Origin: Lama guanicoe
Lineage: Eukaryota
Direction of reading: 5' to 3'
DNA length: 64,000 nt
Assembly (NCBI GenBank): GCA_013239625.1
Contig: MU054212.1
Coordinates: 7,879,412-7,943,411 of the forward strand
In this document: one piece after another, positions 11,883-23,869 of the stretch
Layout of the letters: each line of letters starts with the position of its first letter
Numbering within the stretch: the stretch's first letter is position 1
Translations under genes and position numbers: made by a program
Notes under the pieces: model-generated
What the model saw: only the letters and a program-made list of their open reading frames with translations
Told to the model about the DNA's origin: nothing
Databases searched by the model: none

Positions 11883-13442
11883 AAATATTTATAAGATTAT
11901 GTAAGATTTCCATTTATTTCCTAGTGCTCTGGCTTGGAGAGCTGCATTCATGAAGGAAGCCTAGTATTTTTAATATATCACTTATTCCCTGATGCATCAA
12001 TCTAATTTACCCGAACCCCAGTTTAAAAAAAATAGTAGCATGTACTTTAAGGAAACAAAAAAAATCTAAAAGTACTATTATTGTAATAATACATTTAATT
12101 CAAAGAATGCCACATACATGCATGTAGCCAGAATCTAAGTCAAGTGAGAGGCTGTTGGGTTCTAATGTGACAGAACAAGGTGTTAATTGTTCTAAACTTT
12201 TAATGAAAATTTCTTTCTCTCCTATTAAGTAAACCTCATGCAATCATGAATACATCTGAGAACTTGGACTAGAGGCAGAGGAAGTTATTGTACGGGATTT
12301 TCTCTACAAACCTAAAAGCACAGGATGCTGGAAGCCATGAACGCTGAAATATTTATTCCCATTGTTGTAGAGAACCTGGGCCAAGGAAAACAGTGGGAGA
12401 GGAAGTGCAGGGTGGCCCTGGGGACAGAGGCAACCTGCCACCGGCCAGGGTGCAGAGCACAGCTCCTCTGTCCCTTGCTTTTCCAGCCCCACCACCATTA
12501 GACACCTTCTGTGCTTTATTCGTTGGGGTCCTCTTTCTTCCCACTCTTCCTTCATCTTAATGTGGGATTTCCTGAGCTTCAAACTTCTGCTGCTTCAAGC
12601 CATCTGGCACGTGGGTAGTAACATCCAACCTGTGTTTTGGTGAGAAGAAAAGGGGAAGCAGAAGGGGAAGAAAGAAAGGTGGGAGAGACTAGCTGATGGG
12701 AGATGCTGGGGAGAGAGGTGCTTCCGCACTTCGGGACAGGGACTCAGACACATTGCAGCGTGCAACCTGGCGTCTCTCTTTCCGTTCTCCTCTGTGAGTT
12801 TTCTCAGAAGGCGAAAGACTGCAACATCCTCCCACTTTGTTAGGAAGCACCAGCAGACAATATTCTGGACTAGTTACTATTTATGTTATTACGATGCACG
12901 CGATAAATTTTATGGATCATTAAATGATGTCAGGTCGCCTCTGCGGCAGTCCGCTCCTGCTGGATGTCTACCCTTAGAAGGAGGGCTGGTCTGAAGGCTC
13001 TGACCTCAACTCCAGTTTCCTTGTCTTTGGTATAGTTACGGTGACACAATATTCTAGATAATTACCAATTTGGAAAACACAGAAGATTCTCTGTTTTCCC
13101 ATTTCCGGGTTTCTAATCAACCAAAAATGAAAGGCTATGTTAGGAGCCCAAGGTTCAAGGCTGCTCTTTGTTGCCAACCAGCTTCTCAATCTTGGCAGCC
13201 ACTCTACTCCCCCGGGCCTCCCCGTCCTCATCTGTGAAGCTTCTGGCACAAACGTCCATTTTTCTAAATATTTCCTATAGTAAATGAAAAACCGAAGTTC
13301 TGAGTTGAGGGTTACAAATCTTTCTCAGTGGATGAGGGAACTTGAAAAACGCCGTGGGTTCCAGATCAGCCCATTCTGTTTCTGTAATCAGCTTGTAAGT
13401 GTGAGTTGCTTTGCTAAGTAAAAGTGTGTTTTCTCATTACAG

Positions 13443-13572
13443 ATACGTGAGATTTACCAGCTCCTGGATGAAGTGCTTGGGAAGCCTTTAAATGCCACAG
13501 GCAACCACCGTTTCAAAGGAGAGAAAACAGATGGTTTTGGAAAGTTCATGCTGTTCCTTCATTGAATTTTAG
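13443..13572 (+). other. Candidate 130-nt non-coding internal exon
   Basis: Acceptor TTTTCTCATTACAG| and donor TAG|GTGAGT; stop codons in all three frames. Confidence 0.3.
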
Positions 13573-13796
13573 GTGAGTGTGTCTGAGACAAGGAACTTAA
13601 GGTGGACATTGAACTATTTCCCCTGAAAGTGTGTCTCTTCTTTGCATGAAAAGAAAATGGGGTTACCTGTTATCAGCATTTTATGCTTTTAAGTGAGGTG
13701 CCACTCAGTGAAGGCTCTGTTGATGGGCCTTTTGTTTATTTTTGTTATTATCAGAAACCATCTAGATCTAGAGACAGCCTTGCCATCTCTTCCTGA

Positions 13797-13828
13797 TTTC
13801 CATTAAGCAAATGTTTGCTTAATGGAAA
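13797..13828. repeat. Perfect 15-bp inverted repeat with a 2-nt spacer
   Basis: TTTCCATTAAGCAAA-TG-TTTGCTTAATGGAAA. Confidence 0.95.
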
Positions 13829-14799
13829 CATCAAAACAATAAAAGCAGTAATGTTTCATTCTGTCCTAAAGGTCATCTAATTTTTAAAATATATAAAAGT
13901 ACTTAATAGCAGAGCAATAAGTCATAATGAGACAAAACCATGTTTTAATGACATAAATGAGAGACAAATTTGATCGTGGTGATGACAGTTTAATCATTAC
14001 AAGTCGGAGTGTGAGATAAGGCCGACGTTTCAGAGGCTGCCCTGCCCTGTGGGGAGGTTGTACATTGCTTAAATTAACACAGGGCATGGTTTAGGTTAGG
14101 TATGGTTTTCAGACTGCTGTTTGTATGATTAAGCACACACACATGCTCACACGTCGAGCCTGGTTTTGCCTGGCCATGGAATGGACGGATTAATTTTTCT
14201 TTCATCACCATACGTAATTCCATGCTACAAAAGACATGAGCGTACAAATGGATGCTTTACTCTTAGTCTGCAGTATGCCGTTGTCACTTCTCAGCAAATC
14301 GGAGAGAAACAGAGGAACGGAGCGGTTGTCTTATGGTGGAAATTGTGTGGCTTTCCACCCCGCCAGCTGAGTCCTGTTCTCTAAGTGTGGTTTGATTACC
14401 CACTTGGAATAGTGTTTTCCAGAAAATCAGACTGTACCTGTGTTCACAATTCTGAATAAAGCAAAGCAGCTGACGGAGCATCGACCACTGGCTGGATCTT
14501 ATCTAAAAAGTCAGTGATGCTCCCTTTATAATCTTCATTAGCTTCAAAGTGAAAGTGGATCGTTGTGTCATAATCTTAAGGAGGGGGGTAAATTTGGTTT
14601 ATCGAGGTCAGATGTGGAACCAAAATGGTGATTTCATTTATTTACAAGATGTTGTTGAACGCAGTTCCCAGGAGCTAAACTTAATGCCCTTTGAAAATAT
14701 CAGTAAATCAATTTGCCTGGTGTAACACTACTCTGGAGGAGAAAATGAAAGTGGAAAATGTGTTTTACTTGACTTACTTAACTCCCTCCTTTCCGATTG

Positions 14800-15145
14800 T
14801 GCTGGTCTGTGCCTGTTTTTGACTTCGCATCCATTCCTTGCCCTGCCACTGTTCTGCTGGCTCCTTGGGGGCTGTCCCCTATGGGCTAGGTTTGCCCTCT
14901 TGTTGCCTCTGGCTTCCCCCAGTGACCTTGAACTCTGAGCTCCATTAATATCACCGCTTCCTTCTGTCCCTTGGGACTTGTGGGTGGTCGTGTGTCTGCC
15001 TTCCTGCTGCTGTTACATCTCCAGGTTGATTAACTGGCTTCAGTTTAGCTTCTCAGTCCTTCCATCATCCGTGTAACCATTTTCCTGGATTAAATTCCAT
15101 CTGTTTTACATGTTTACCGTTTTCCCTTGGTCAGTTCCTAACTGA
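14800..15145 (+). mobile_element. LTR33-family ERVL solo LTR (old, degenerate)
   Basis: CTTCCTGCTGCTGTTACATCTCCAGGTTG...GCTTCTCAGTCCTTCCATCATCCGTGTAACCATTTTCCTGGATTAAATTCC resembles the recalled LTR33A/C 3' half. Confidence 0.6.
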
Positions 15146-16682
15146 GCCATCAGTGCTCCACTAGTTTCTCCCAAAATTATTGGAAGAAGAGTGAACAAGG
15201 ATTACTTGCTTCTCCGAAGAGAAAAATAAATGATTCTCAGGAAAGAAGATTTTAAGTTAAATGTAAAGCTGGATATTTTCACACTGAACAGCCATCTAGC
15301 CTGGCGTGTTTAAAGCCATCTTCCAAATCCCACAATGTTGTGGCATTAATTTGTTGCTGTTAACAAAATCATTGTTGAGATTCCCATTGTGTGTATCAAA
15401 TTAATGGGACATTTTTTTAAATTCTCAGATAGGCACCGAATATGATCTTTACTTTTTTTTTAATATTCACATTTCACAAACTTCTGTCTGTGCAACATAA
15501 GAACTTCTCAGGGCATCAGTCTTATTTCTGCCTTCACATTTAAATCTCAAGCTTTGGATTTATTTTATGATGGCTCTGACATCTCTCTTCCAGTAATGGT
15601 TCTTTGCTACTAGAAGATGCCTTATGGTCTGAACATTTTCCATTTCCCATAATAAACAGTGAATATACTGGAAAGCACGGTGATGAGGATGCCAGTGTCT
15701 GTCCTTTGTGACAGGTAAACAATTCGCCACTGTCCCAGCAACCCCACTTGCTCTAAAGGGCTTCCTGGGTATGCAAGAAGCTTTTTAACGTCATTATTTT
15801 GGCACTTCACTTGGTTATTTTAAATGCAAGTGCCTCGCTATTTTCATTTCCTTCCCATTTATTCACGTAGACACATTCCTTTCCAGGCTTTTCTCAGAGG
15901 TCGTCATGACTGCCCATCTATCTATTCTAACGTATTATACGTACACCTAGAAGGACATGGCATCCCTCTGACCAACAATTTCCATCTATTCTACCAATGT
16001 CAGTGTTTCACCTGCAATGCCTAATTGAGAATCCTTTCAGACAATGTGACAATACCATCAGGAGCAAAATTACTTGGACCCCTCCATAACCTAAAATTGG
16101 GAGACACAGGGGCGAGCAGCTTTATGGTGCAGTTGAAAATGCAGTAGTGTGTAATGGGGGTTCTCAGGTCTTCCTTTGTTTGGTATGGCATTGACCACTC
16201 TAGTCATTAATGATTCTCTCTCGCTTTTGGAAATGAGGCTTTATAAAGTCATATTTAAAAAAAATACTCTTGGGAAGAGAAATACATCCTTTAATAATAT
16301 ATACTACATCACACAGAAGTCTGATGAATTAGCAAGGAAGAGACTCCTGCGGCAGCGGTGCAGACACTCAGCTTCGGAGAGTCTGGTACCCATAAGCAGG
16401 TGGAGACAATGAAATCATCTCGCTAACTTCACAGTACTGCCTGCGGGCGGAGGGGACCACCTGTCCTAAAAGATAACTCGGGCTGAACATATTTTAATGT
16501 CACATTGGAAGAGGGGGTCGGAGGAATGGAAACGTTAGTTGTTACACTAATGAGTGACGTTATGGATAGAGATTTGAAATCACTGGTGCCCAAAGAATCG
16601 AGGAAGGTGCGTTAACCAAGAAGTAGTCTTACTACTTCTGTTGAACCACCAAGTATGATGTTGGGAAAATCAAATGTGTTTA

Positions 16683-16778
16683 AAAGGCAGAAATCATCTG
16701 TTATCCATCTTTACATCCCTGGAAACAAGCATCGTGCTTGGCATGCTGTAGATAACTTCTGAATAAATTGCTGAATTT
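16683..16778 (+). mobile_element. L2 3' end fragment
   Basis: AGGCAGAAATCATCTG...CATCTTTACATCCCTG...AGCATCGTGCTTGGCATG...AATAAATTGCTGAAT. Confidence 0.6.
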
Positions 16779-16849
16779 ACTTAGAAATTATCTACAGTGA
16801 ATAAGAACAAAGGCACAAAGCGATGCGGCTTGAGTTCCTGCCTTATACT

Positions 16850-17040
16850 GAACACCGTTTTGAATGCAGGTAAACTTCCTTTCAATGCCTAAACAGTCCT
16901 CTGGCATAAGTAATATTATTATCTCCTTTTTTTAAGATGAGGAAAGTAGGGCCCAGAAAGGATAAATAACCTGCCTGAGGTTAACTAAGTTGGGGTGAAA
17001 ATTCAAGGCCAGACAGTCTGACTTAGAGTTCAACCCTTAA
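16850..17040 (-). mobile_element. MIR SINE
   Basis: TATTATTATCTCCTTTTTTTAAGATGAGGAAAGTAGGGCCCAGAAAGGATAAATAACCTGCCTGAGGT. Confidence 0.8.
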
Positions 17041-17371
17041 TTTTTATGCTTCCCCATCTCTCCTGTAATGCAGTCATCAAGTAACTATAAAACACAGAAG
17101 CAACACTGTTTTATTACTTTAAAATTTGTGTCTTTCTAGAATACACTTGTATTATGAAGTCTTGCTCAAATCTTGAACAACCTCACTCTGAACACAAATT
17201 CCCTCTTTTCAGTGTTTCTACTCTCCTTTCCTTTTAAAACATGACTGCCTAAATCAGCTGCCTAATTGACATTCAGATCTCATCAGTCCCATTCTTTAAT
17301 GGTTTGTCCTGAAATTAATGTTTTAAAAGCTCTATTGCTATTTTATGCCATTTGCTTAATTGAAGAATCTA

Positions 17372-17510
17372 TAATCTTGAGCAGCAAGTTCCTTAAGCTC
17401 CCTGAGCCTCAGATTCCCCACCTGAAAAGATATGTCTAATTTAATGAGAAAATAATATTCGAAAAACCAGCAAGTACAGTTCCTGGTACCTCGTAGGTAG
17501 CCAACAGTAG
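17372..17510 (+). mobile_element. MIR SINE fragment
   Basis: GCAAGTTCCTTAAGCTCCCTGAGCCTCAGATTCCCCACCTGAAAA ... ACAGTTCCTGGTACCTCGTAGGT. Confidence 0.7.
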
Positions 17511-17907
17511 CCAATGTGAGCTAATTAGCCTTGCCCACGTTGATCAGGAAGCCAGTGTTGGCAGTCCCGCCAACTGCAGGACAAAGCCTGCCTCCTGTAT
17601 CCCTTAGCATGTCATCACAGAGGCACACAGACCCCCTGAGTCTTGGCATCTCCCTTTGCTCCTCAGCAGTTGACCTTTGCTAACACGGGAATGATCCGCC
17701 TCCTCGGAGCCGTGCCCTTTGTGCCTTGCCTTTTGCTCCTGCTGCTCTCCTGCCTAAACACTGCTCCTCGCATCCACACCCCTCTCCAAACCCCCCCCTC
17801 CCCGCCGCTAGCACGCGTGCACTCCTCAGAGACTTGGAATAGCCTAGTCATCTTTCAGGATTCGTCGCCGCTGCTGCTGTTCTGGGTTCAGTGAGGTCAC
17901 TGATAAA

Positions 17908-17950
17908 CTCCTCCTCCTCCTCCTCCTCCTCCTCCTCCTCCTCCTCCTCC
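17908..17950. repeat. (CTC)14 trinucleotide microsatellite
   Basis: Seen directly; uninterrupted. Confidence 0.97.
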
Positions 17951-18354
17951 AGCAGGTCTCAGCCCCGTCTCTGAACTCGCATAGCCCTTTGCACCTTTTC
18001 CAGGAGATCGGCTCCTGCTGTAGACAGCAGAAAGAGAAGCCGTCTTGTGCAGTCGCTCACAGTCTCACGTTGTAATTCCTCCTGGTGTCTGTCCATCTTC
18101 CTTCTGAAATTTTCATCCAGGACAAGTGCCAAGGTTTTGGTTTGATTTGGTTTGGTTCTGCTTTGTCTAATCTGTGAATCTTCTTTACCAAGTGCAGTGT
18201 AGTCCTTTTCGGTTTTGAATGAAGTATGAGGGGGTCATATTTTGAGATAGGTTTGAGCATTGTAATGTGGTGAAGATTATAACGCTTCATCCAGCCATTA
18301 CAAGCAGAAGGAGCGTTCCATCGGGGGGGACCTCACAGAGCGGATCTGTTCCGT

Positions 18355-18540
18355 TTTGTGCCAAGCACCAAAGCAGATGCTCCATGAACATTACCTTATT
18401 TAATTTTCATAATAACTCCTCAAATTAGCTATTATTTCCCTCTTTATTTAGAAGAAAACTAGAGTTTAGGTAAGTTGCCAATGTCATATTTCTAGTAAGA
18501 GGCACAACAAGAATGTTAAGTCATATTTTTCTACTCCAGC
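18355..18540 (-). mobile_element. MIR SINE (degenerate)
   Basis: ATTTAATTTTCATAATAACTC...CTATTATTTCCCTCTTTATTTAGAAGAAAACT...AAGTTGCCAATGTCATA. Confidence 0.6.
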
Positions 18541-19374
18541 AAACTACCCCTCTAAAAGAGCTTTCCAACTTAATCCTGTAAGAAGAATATGTACCTAAGA
18601 TAATGCTAGAATTTTCCATTTAAAATATTTCCTGAGAGTCAGCTACTTAGAAGTCCATGGGTCTTTTTTTCTCGTGGCAAATGCGTTTATGTTTAGTTTG
18701 ATGCTAAAATTAGCACTGTTTCTGTTCAACAAGAGTTTAAAAGATACAGCACCTTGTGGTTCTGAACCAATTTTTGCAAAAACCTCATTTACTGATGTGA
18801 GCATAAGCCTAGAAATGATGTCTTAAGTTGTAGACTGATAGAATTTGAAGGATAAATGTTATGAAGAATCATCACGAGAGCTGGGGGCTTTTTAAGGCAA
18901 GAATTTCTGACTCTCTTCTTTTTTTCTCCTTAAGCATATTTATGGAAATGAGTATTTGTAACTCATTATGAAAGGGTTTGTTTTGGATGCAAAATAAAAA
19001 TTTCTCTAGACCTAGTGACACCATGAGCCCACAAACTTGGTCTGAACTTTTTTTAATCACACGATTCAAACACCATGTAGAAGAATAATCATTGACATGA
19101 ATAAACTCAAAATCTCCAAAAAGCAATCTTCTCACTTCACTCTCCTTGCCAAAAATCAGTATCGAGAGAAGGGGTCCTTCCTTTTGTGAAAAACCCTAAT
19201 GATTCTTATGCCGCATTTGTACCTATCATGATCATTCATTTATTTATTTGTTCTTTAAATATGTATTATGTATCTCTCCTGTTCCCTGACCCTGTGCTAG
19301 GTACCTGGGAGCCTGAGATAAATAAGGTATAATTATTCCAAGTAATATCCTAGTTAGATCTGCCACTGATTATG

Positions 19375-19850
19375 TCTTAGAATGATAGAATTGAAGCTTC
19401 AGAAGAGAGATTTCAGATTATCTAACCTGGACCCCTGTTCTTGTCCATTCAGGCTGTTATAACACAAGACCAGGGACTATGTAGCTTATAGAGGATGGAG
19501 ATTTATTTCTCACAGCTCTGCAGGCTGGGAGGTATACGATCAAGTCGCCAGCATGGTTGAGTTCTGGTGAGAGCTTGCTTCTGGGTTTACAGCAGGTGCT
19601 TTCTCTCTGTGTCCTCACATTCCAAGTCTGGGAACTTTCTTATAAAAGCATTAATCCCGTTCATGAGGCTCCACCCTCATGAACTAATCACCTCCCAAAG
19701 GCCCCACTTCCTGATACTATCGCACTGGGCATTAGGATTGCAACATATGAATTTGGGGGGGAGCACAAACATTCAGACCATACCAACCCCCTAATTTTTC
19801 TATCTGAGGAAGTTGAGACCCAGAAAAGTTAAATACTACCCCATGTGTTA
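19375..19850 (-). mobile_element. MIR3/MIRc-type SINE interrupted by the MLT1A LTR
   Basis: The left part (AGAATGATAGAATTGAAGCTTCAGAAGAGA..TTCAGATTATCTAACC) and right part (CTAATTTTTCTATCTGAGGAAGTTGAGACCCAGAAAAGTTAA) are collinear with MIR. Confidence 0.65.
19436..19785 (-). mobile_element. MLT1A/MLT1A0 MaLR solo LTR with 5-bp TSD ACCCC
   Basis: TG...CA ends; ATTTATTTCTCACAGCTCTG, CTAATCACCTCCCAAAGGCCCCAC, CAACATATGAATTTGGGGG..CACAAACATTCAGACCATA; ACCCC at 19431-19435 and 19786-19790. Confidence 0.92.
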
Positions 19851-21021
19851 GCAGCAACGGACCTATCTGACACTTACCATCTGGCTCCTCTCCACCGTAA
19901 AACGAATTAGACTACATTCCTCTAATCTTGATCTTATTTGCCCCCAGGAGAAGTTTCTACAAAGAAGGAGAGAAGACAAAGAAAGTCAGGTTGATTCTGG
20001 TTTTACTTATAATACATAGAAGTAGATTTACTATTCGTCAAATCCTTATTGAGAATTAACTAAATATTAGGCATTTTGCTAGGTGCTGGACATCTTGCCT
20101 AGAAAAACCAGAATTGTCTTCCTGGCCCACACCCTGCTTCCTGTCTTGTGCGCGCATGTGTGAAACCCCGGCACTGAAGCCCCGAACTGCCCTTTAATGG
20201 GAATCCTGAAACAGCCCAGGTGATGACAGGCATACTGTGATGCTAAAAATGGCAATTAGAGTGGTTGTAACATATTCATAGTGTAACAGTGCAACCCAGA
20301 AGTACCTCATGTATTCAAACAAAAAGATACATGTCTGTGTCTTTGGTTTACCACTGTTATATGGATAACTTAACATTCCAGAAGTGAGAAAGAATTGTTT
20401 AAAAATACGAGCCTTTGTGCTGTGTCGATCTTTGAGTAAGAGAAACATATAGTATCTTAGAAAATATAAGAATTCTACTCACATTCCCAGATGATGTTCC
20501 CGCCTATTGGGTTATCTTCTGTTGGCTGATTTCTCCTCTATTTCCCTCAGACGTTTGCAGAAAGCTATCTAGCTTTATGTAAATATGATTTGAAATATTT
20601 TGATCATCACCAAAATGGATGGAACAATGTCTTCATCAAAAAACTAAAGATTATGATGTTTACAAGTTAGTAATAATGGGCTTTATAGCTAGTGTAATTT
20701 TGTGAGATACAGTTTATTGTTTTAGCTTGTGTTTTAAGCATCAGTTGGTTTTTCATAACTTTCAAAGCCTGACTTTTAAATCTGTCCAGAGTTTTTTTTA
20801 GCAAAATCTTAAACTGCAAATCTGTTAGTTTCAAATCATCGAAGCAGATGAATAAGGTAGGCCTCTTTTCTGTCAGTTCCTAACAATTTAGTAACCATGG
20901 GCTGGAAATTTGACTTTTATATGTGTGTTTAGTATGCTATCCAACCCAGATAAACACTTGTCATAATCTTTCTTCCAATTCTAAGTGCATAGAAGGTAAG
21001 GCAGCTGTCTTTTTCCAAGAA

Positions 21022-21296
21022 CATTTTTATTATTATTTATTAATTATTATTATTTATTACTATTTATATTATTTGTTTGTTATTATGTTTCTAAGAGCAT
21101 TTCGTTATTATATAATGATTATATAATTATATCATATTAGTTATATATTTATATAATATTAAACATATTATATATTAATATATTAAATATATTTAAATAA
21201 TATAATTAATATGATATAATTAATTAATTATTAATATAATTAATAATGTGTTGTTGTGTATTATAATAATTTATATATTATTATTTTATTATTATA
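21022..21296. repeat. AT-rich low-complexity tract (TTA/TA-like)
   Basis: Seen directly in the sequence. Confidence 0.9.
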
Positions 21297-21515
21297 CCAT
21301 CCCTTCCTAGTATATATGAACAACTCCTGTATCACATGGTTCCCCTTCTGAAGTTGAATTTCTTCCCAGGGTACTAGCATCCACAAAAGGCTTATTTGGA
21401 GAGAAAAAAAGCCTTATCATTTTCCAGATAAAACTACAGTCTTACCATTCAGCCACAGCAAATGAGCCTCTGTTTCTGAAAAGATATACAAAGACCTGCC
21501 CACTTGACTCTAAAG

Positions 21516-21677
21516 CAGAGGTTTTCAACTGTGGGCGTGGGGGTGGGGAGGGCTATTAGCATCTAGTGAGCAGAAGCCAGGATGCAGCTAAACATCCTGC
21601 AGTGCTCAGAAGAGTCACCTAAAGGAACGAATTTATCTGCCCCGCCGCGTCAGTAGTGCCCAGGTTGAGAAGTTCAG
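21516..21677. mobile_element. MER20 hAT-Charlie element with an internal deletion
   Basis: TIR-like ends CAGAGGTTTTCAAC / GTTGAGAAGTTCAG; GCATCTAGTGAGCAGAAGCCAGGATGCAGCTAAACATCCT; degenerate 8-bp TSD CTCTAAAG/CTCCAAAA. Confidence 0.85.
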
Positions 21678-22491
21678 CTCCAAAATATTAAGAGCCACAG
21701 TGTGAACCTGTGTGTCCTGAGGGCCCCTATTAAAGTGCCTGGTACCTTCTGAGCAGGGCAGCAAGAGAGTGACTCATGGGTTTTCACTCATCCACAGAGT
21801 CTAGAGTGAATTGACTGGGTCTAGGGATTTGGACTGGACAAGAGGAGATGATGCTGTTAGAAGGGAAGCCAAAGAGTTCCTGGAAAAGGAAATTTGACTT
21901 TAAAAAGTCCCTCTCTGGAAGACACCTTTGGTGAGGAAGATGGGAACTTGGAGTCTAGAAAAGTCCGGATTGTGCACCGTAGATCTGATGGTGTGAAACA
22001 GTGTCAGAGGTAGCAAGCGTCTCGTCCTGAAGGAGATGACAGGCTACTGCGTCCTATTGGAGAAGCCCCCAGGGCTGCCCCTCGGTGAGTCTAAGCCACC
22101 GGAAGGGCAAGGGGAGCCGTTAGGCCTGGGCAGCCTGGCACCCCAGGGAAATGTCTGTATTCACCAGACAGGAAGGAAACAGTTCACTTTAGCCAACACT
22201 TGCAAGAAAAAGAACCTTATCATCTATAACATGTGAAAGGAAACAGTGACTTGACTCATCGTTCCTAGACCTAGCCCTTCACACGGTCTAGCACCTACTG
22301 CTTTTCAGCGCTTCTGGGGGGGGGGGGCAGGCTCCCTGCACCTTCCCAGGCTCTTCCAGGGCCTTGACTCAGCACCCACTCACCTGTGCCCCAGCCACAC
22401 AGAACCCTTCGCCATGTCCTCGTCCACCAAGCTTTTCTTTCCTCCCTGTGTGTCTCTTTTTTGAGCAAAGAGACCTTTCCCAGAAACTCTC

Positions 22492-23349
22492 TTTATTAGT
22501 GTCCCAGGGCTGCGGTGACAAATTGCCCCCAGCTAGGTGGCTTAAAGCAACAGAACCTTATTCTCTCGTGGTCCTAGAGGGACGAAGTCTAAAACCGAGG
22601 TGCTGGCAGAGCCGTGCTCCCTCGGGTCTCTAGGGAGGAACACTTTCCCACCTCTTCCTGACTTCCTGTGGCTCCTGCAATCACTGGCATTCCTTGGCTG
22701 GTAGCTGGGTGACTCCCACCTCTGCCGCCATCTTCACCTCATCTTCTCTGTGTCTGTGTGTCTCTCTCTATCCTTACCTCCTCTTATAAGGAGACCAGTC
22801 ATTGGATGGAGGGCACACCCATTCAGGTATGACCTCATCTTGGTCCTTAATTAATTACATCTGTAAAGACTCTATTTCCAAATAAGGTTGCATGCTGAGT
22901 TTCTGAGCAAATGTGATATTTTGAGGGACACTACTTGTATAAGAGTTCCCCAGAGAAACAGAACCCATAGGTTATATAAAGAAAGAGATTTATCATAAGG
23001 AATTGTTATACACAATTCTGCAGGCAAAGTCCCCAGATCTGTAGCCTGAAGGTCTGGGAAACACGAGAGCTGGTGGAGTAAGTTCCAGTCTGGGTCCGAA
23101 GGCAGAAGACCAATGTCCCAGCCTGTAGACCATCTGGCAGAGAGAGAAAATTCTCTTTCCTTCTATTTAGGCCTTCAACAGATTGCATGAGACTCAGCAC
23201 ATTAGAAAGTGCCGTCTGCTTCACTAAATCTCATCTAGAAATACCTTCACAGACACGCCCACAATAGTGTTGAATGAAATATCTGGGCACCTCTGGGGCC
23301 AGTCAAGATGACACACAAAATGAACCACCACACTACTCGGACCACCACA
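22492..23349 (-). mobile_element. MLT1B/C MaLR solo LTR, split near its end by an MLT2 LTR
   Basis: GGTGGCTTAAAGCAACAGAA, GGCATTCCTTGGCT, CTTATAAGGAGACCAGTCATTGGAT, AATTACATCTGTAAAGACTCTATTTCCAAATAAGGT; the terminal residues resume at 23333-23349. Confidence 0.88.
22936..23332 (-). mobile_element. MLT2B-like ERVL solo LTR with 5-bp TSD CTACT
   Basis: TG...CA ends; CAGAGAAACAGAACC, GAGATTTATCATAAGGAATTG, AGGCCTTCAACAGATTG, CAGTCAAGATGACACACAAAATGAACCACCACA; CTACT at 22931-22935 and 23333-23337. Confidence 0.9.
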
Positions 23350-23506
23350 GGCACCCCTCAGAGAGACTGCGGGTTCAGTTTCAGACCATCACTATGAGGT
23401 GAATATCCCAGTAAAGTTAATCACATGAAGTTGTTGGTTTCCCAGTGCGTATGAAAGTTATGTTTACATCGCACTGTGGTCTGTTAAGTGTGCAGTAGCG
23501 TTATGC
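23348..23506 (-). mobile_element. Tigger1 (TcMar) terminal fragment
   Basis: CAGGCACCCCTCAGAGAGACTGCGGGTTCAGTTTCAGACCA...TTGGTTTCCCAGTGCGTATGAAAGTTATGTTTACA...TTAAGTGTGCAGTAGCGTTATG matches the recalled Tigger1 end. Confidence 0.85.
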
Positions 23507-23869
23507 CAGCTTAGAGTCCATGGTCTGTGCCTTGTACCAACTTCCCTTTGATATGCCTTCAACTCCATTGCCTGTGTTCTCGCCCATCACAGCCACCAGG
23601 CAGTAGCCGAGACTTCCCTGACTTTCCGGTGCCTCCACCGTCTTCCTGTATTCCCTGTGCACATCGGGCTCTCTCTACCTCAGGGACCTCACATAAGCAC
23701 TTCCCTTTGCCTCAGAGGCCTCCTCCTCATTCTTCACAGGCGTCACGTCAAGTGTCACTTTCTCAGAGAGGTCTAGGTAGCCATGGGTCACCTGAGAGAG
23801 GACATTCCTTCCTTGTACCCCACTCCAGGCATGGACACGATCACCCACTGTGGGGCTGAGAACAGTTCT

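Noticed and set aside
16619..16639. 9-bp hairpin AGAAGTAGT-CTT-ACTACTTCT
   Set aside because: Too short to be clearly beyond chance in 64 kb.
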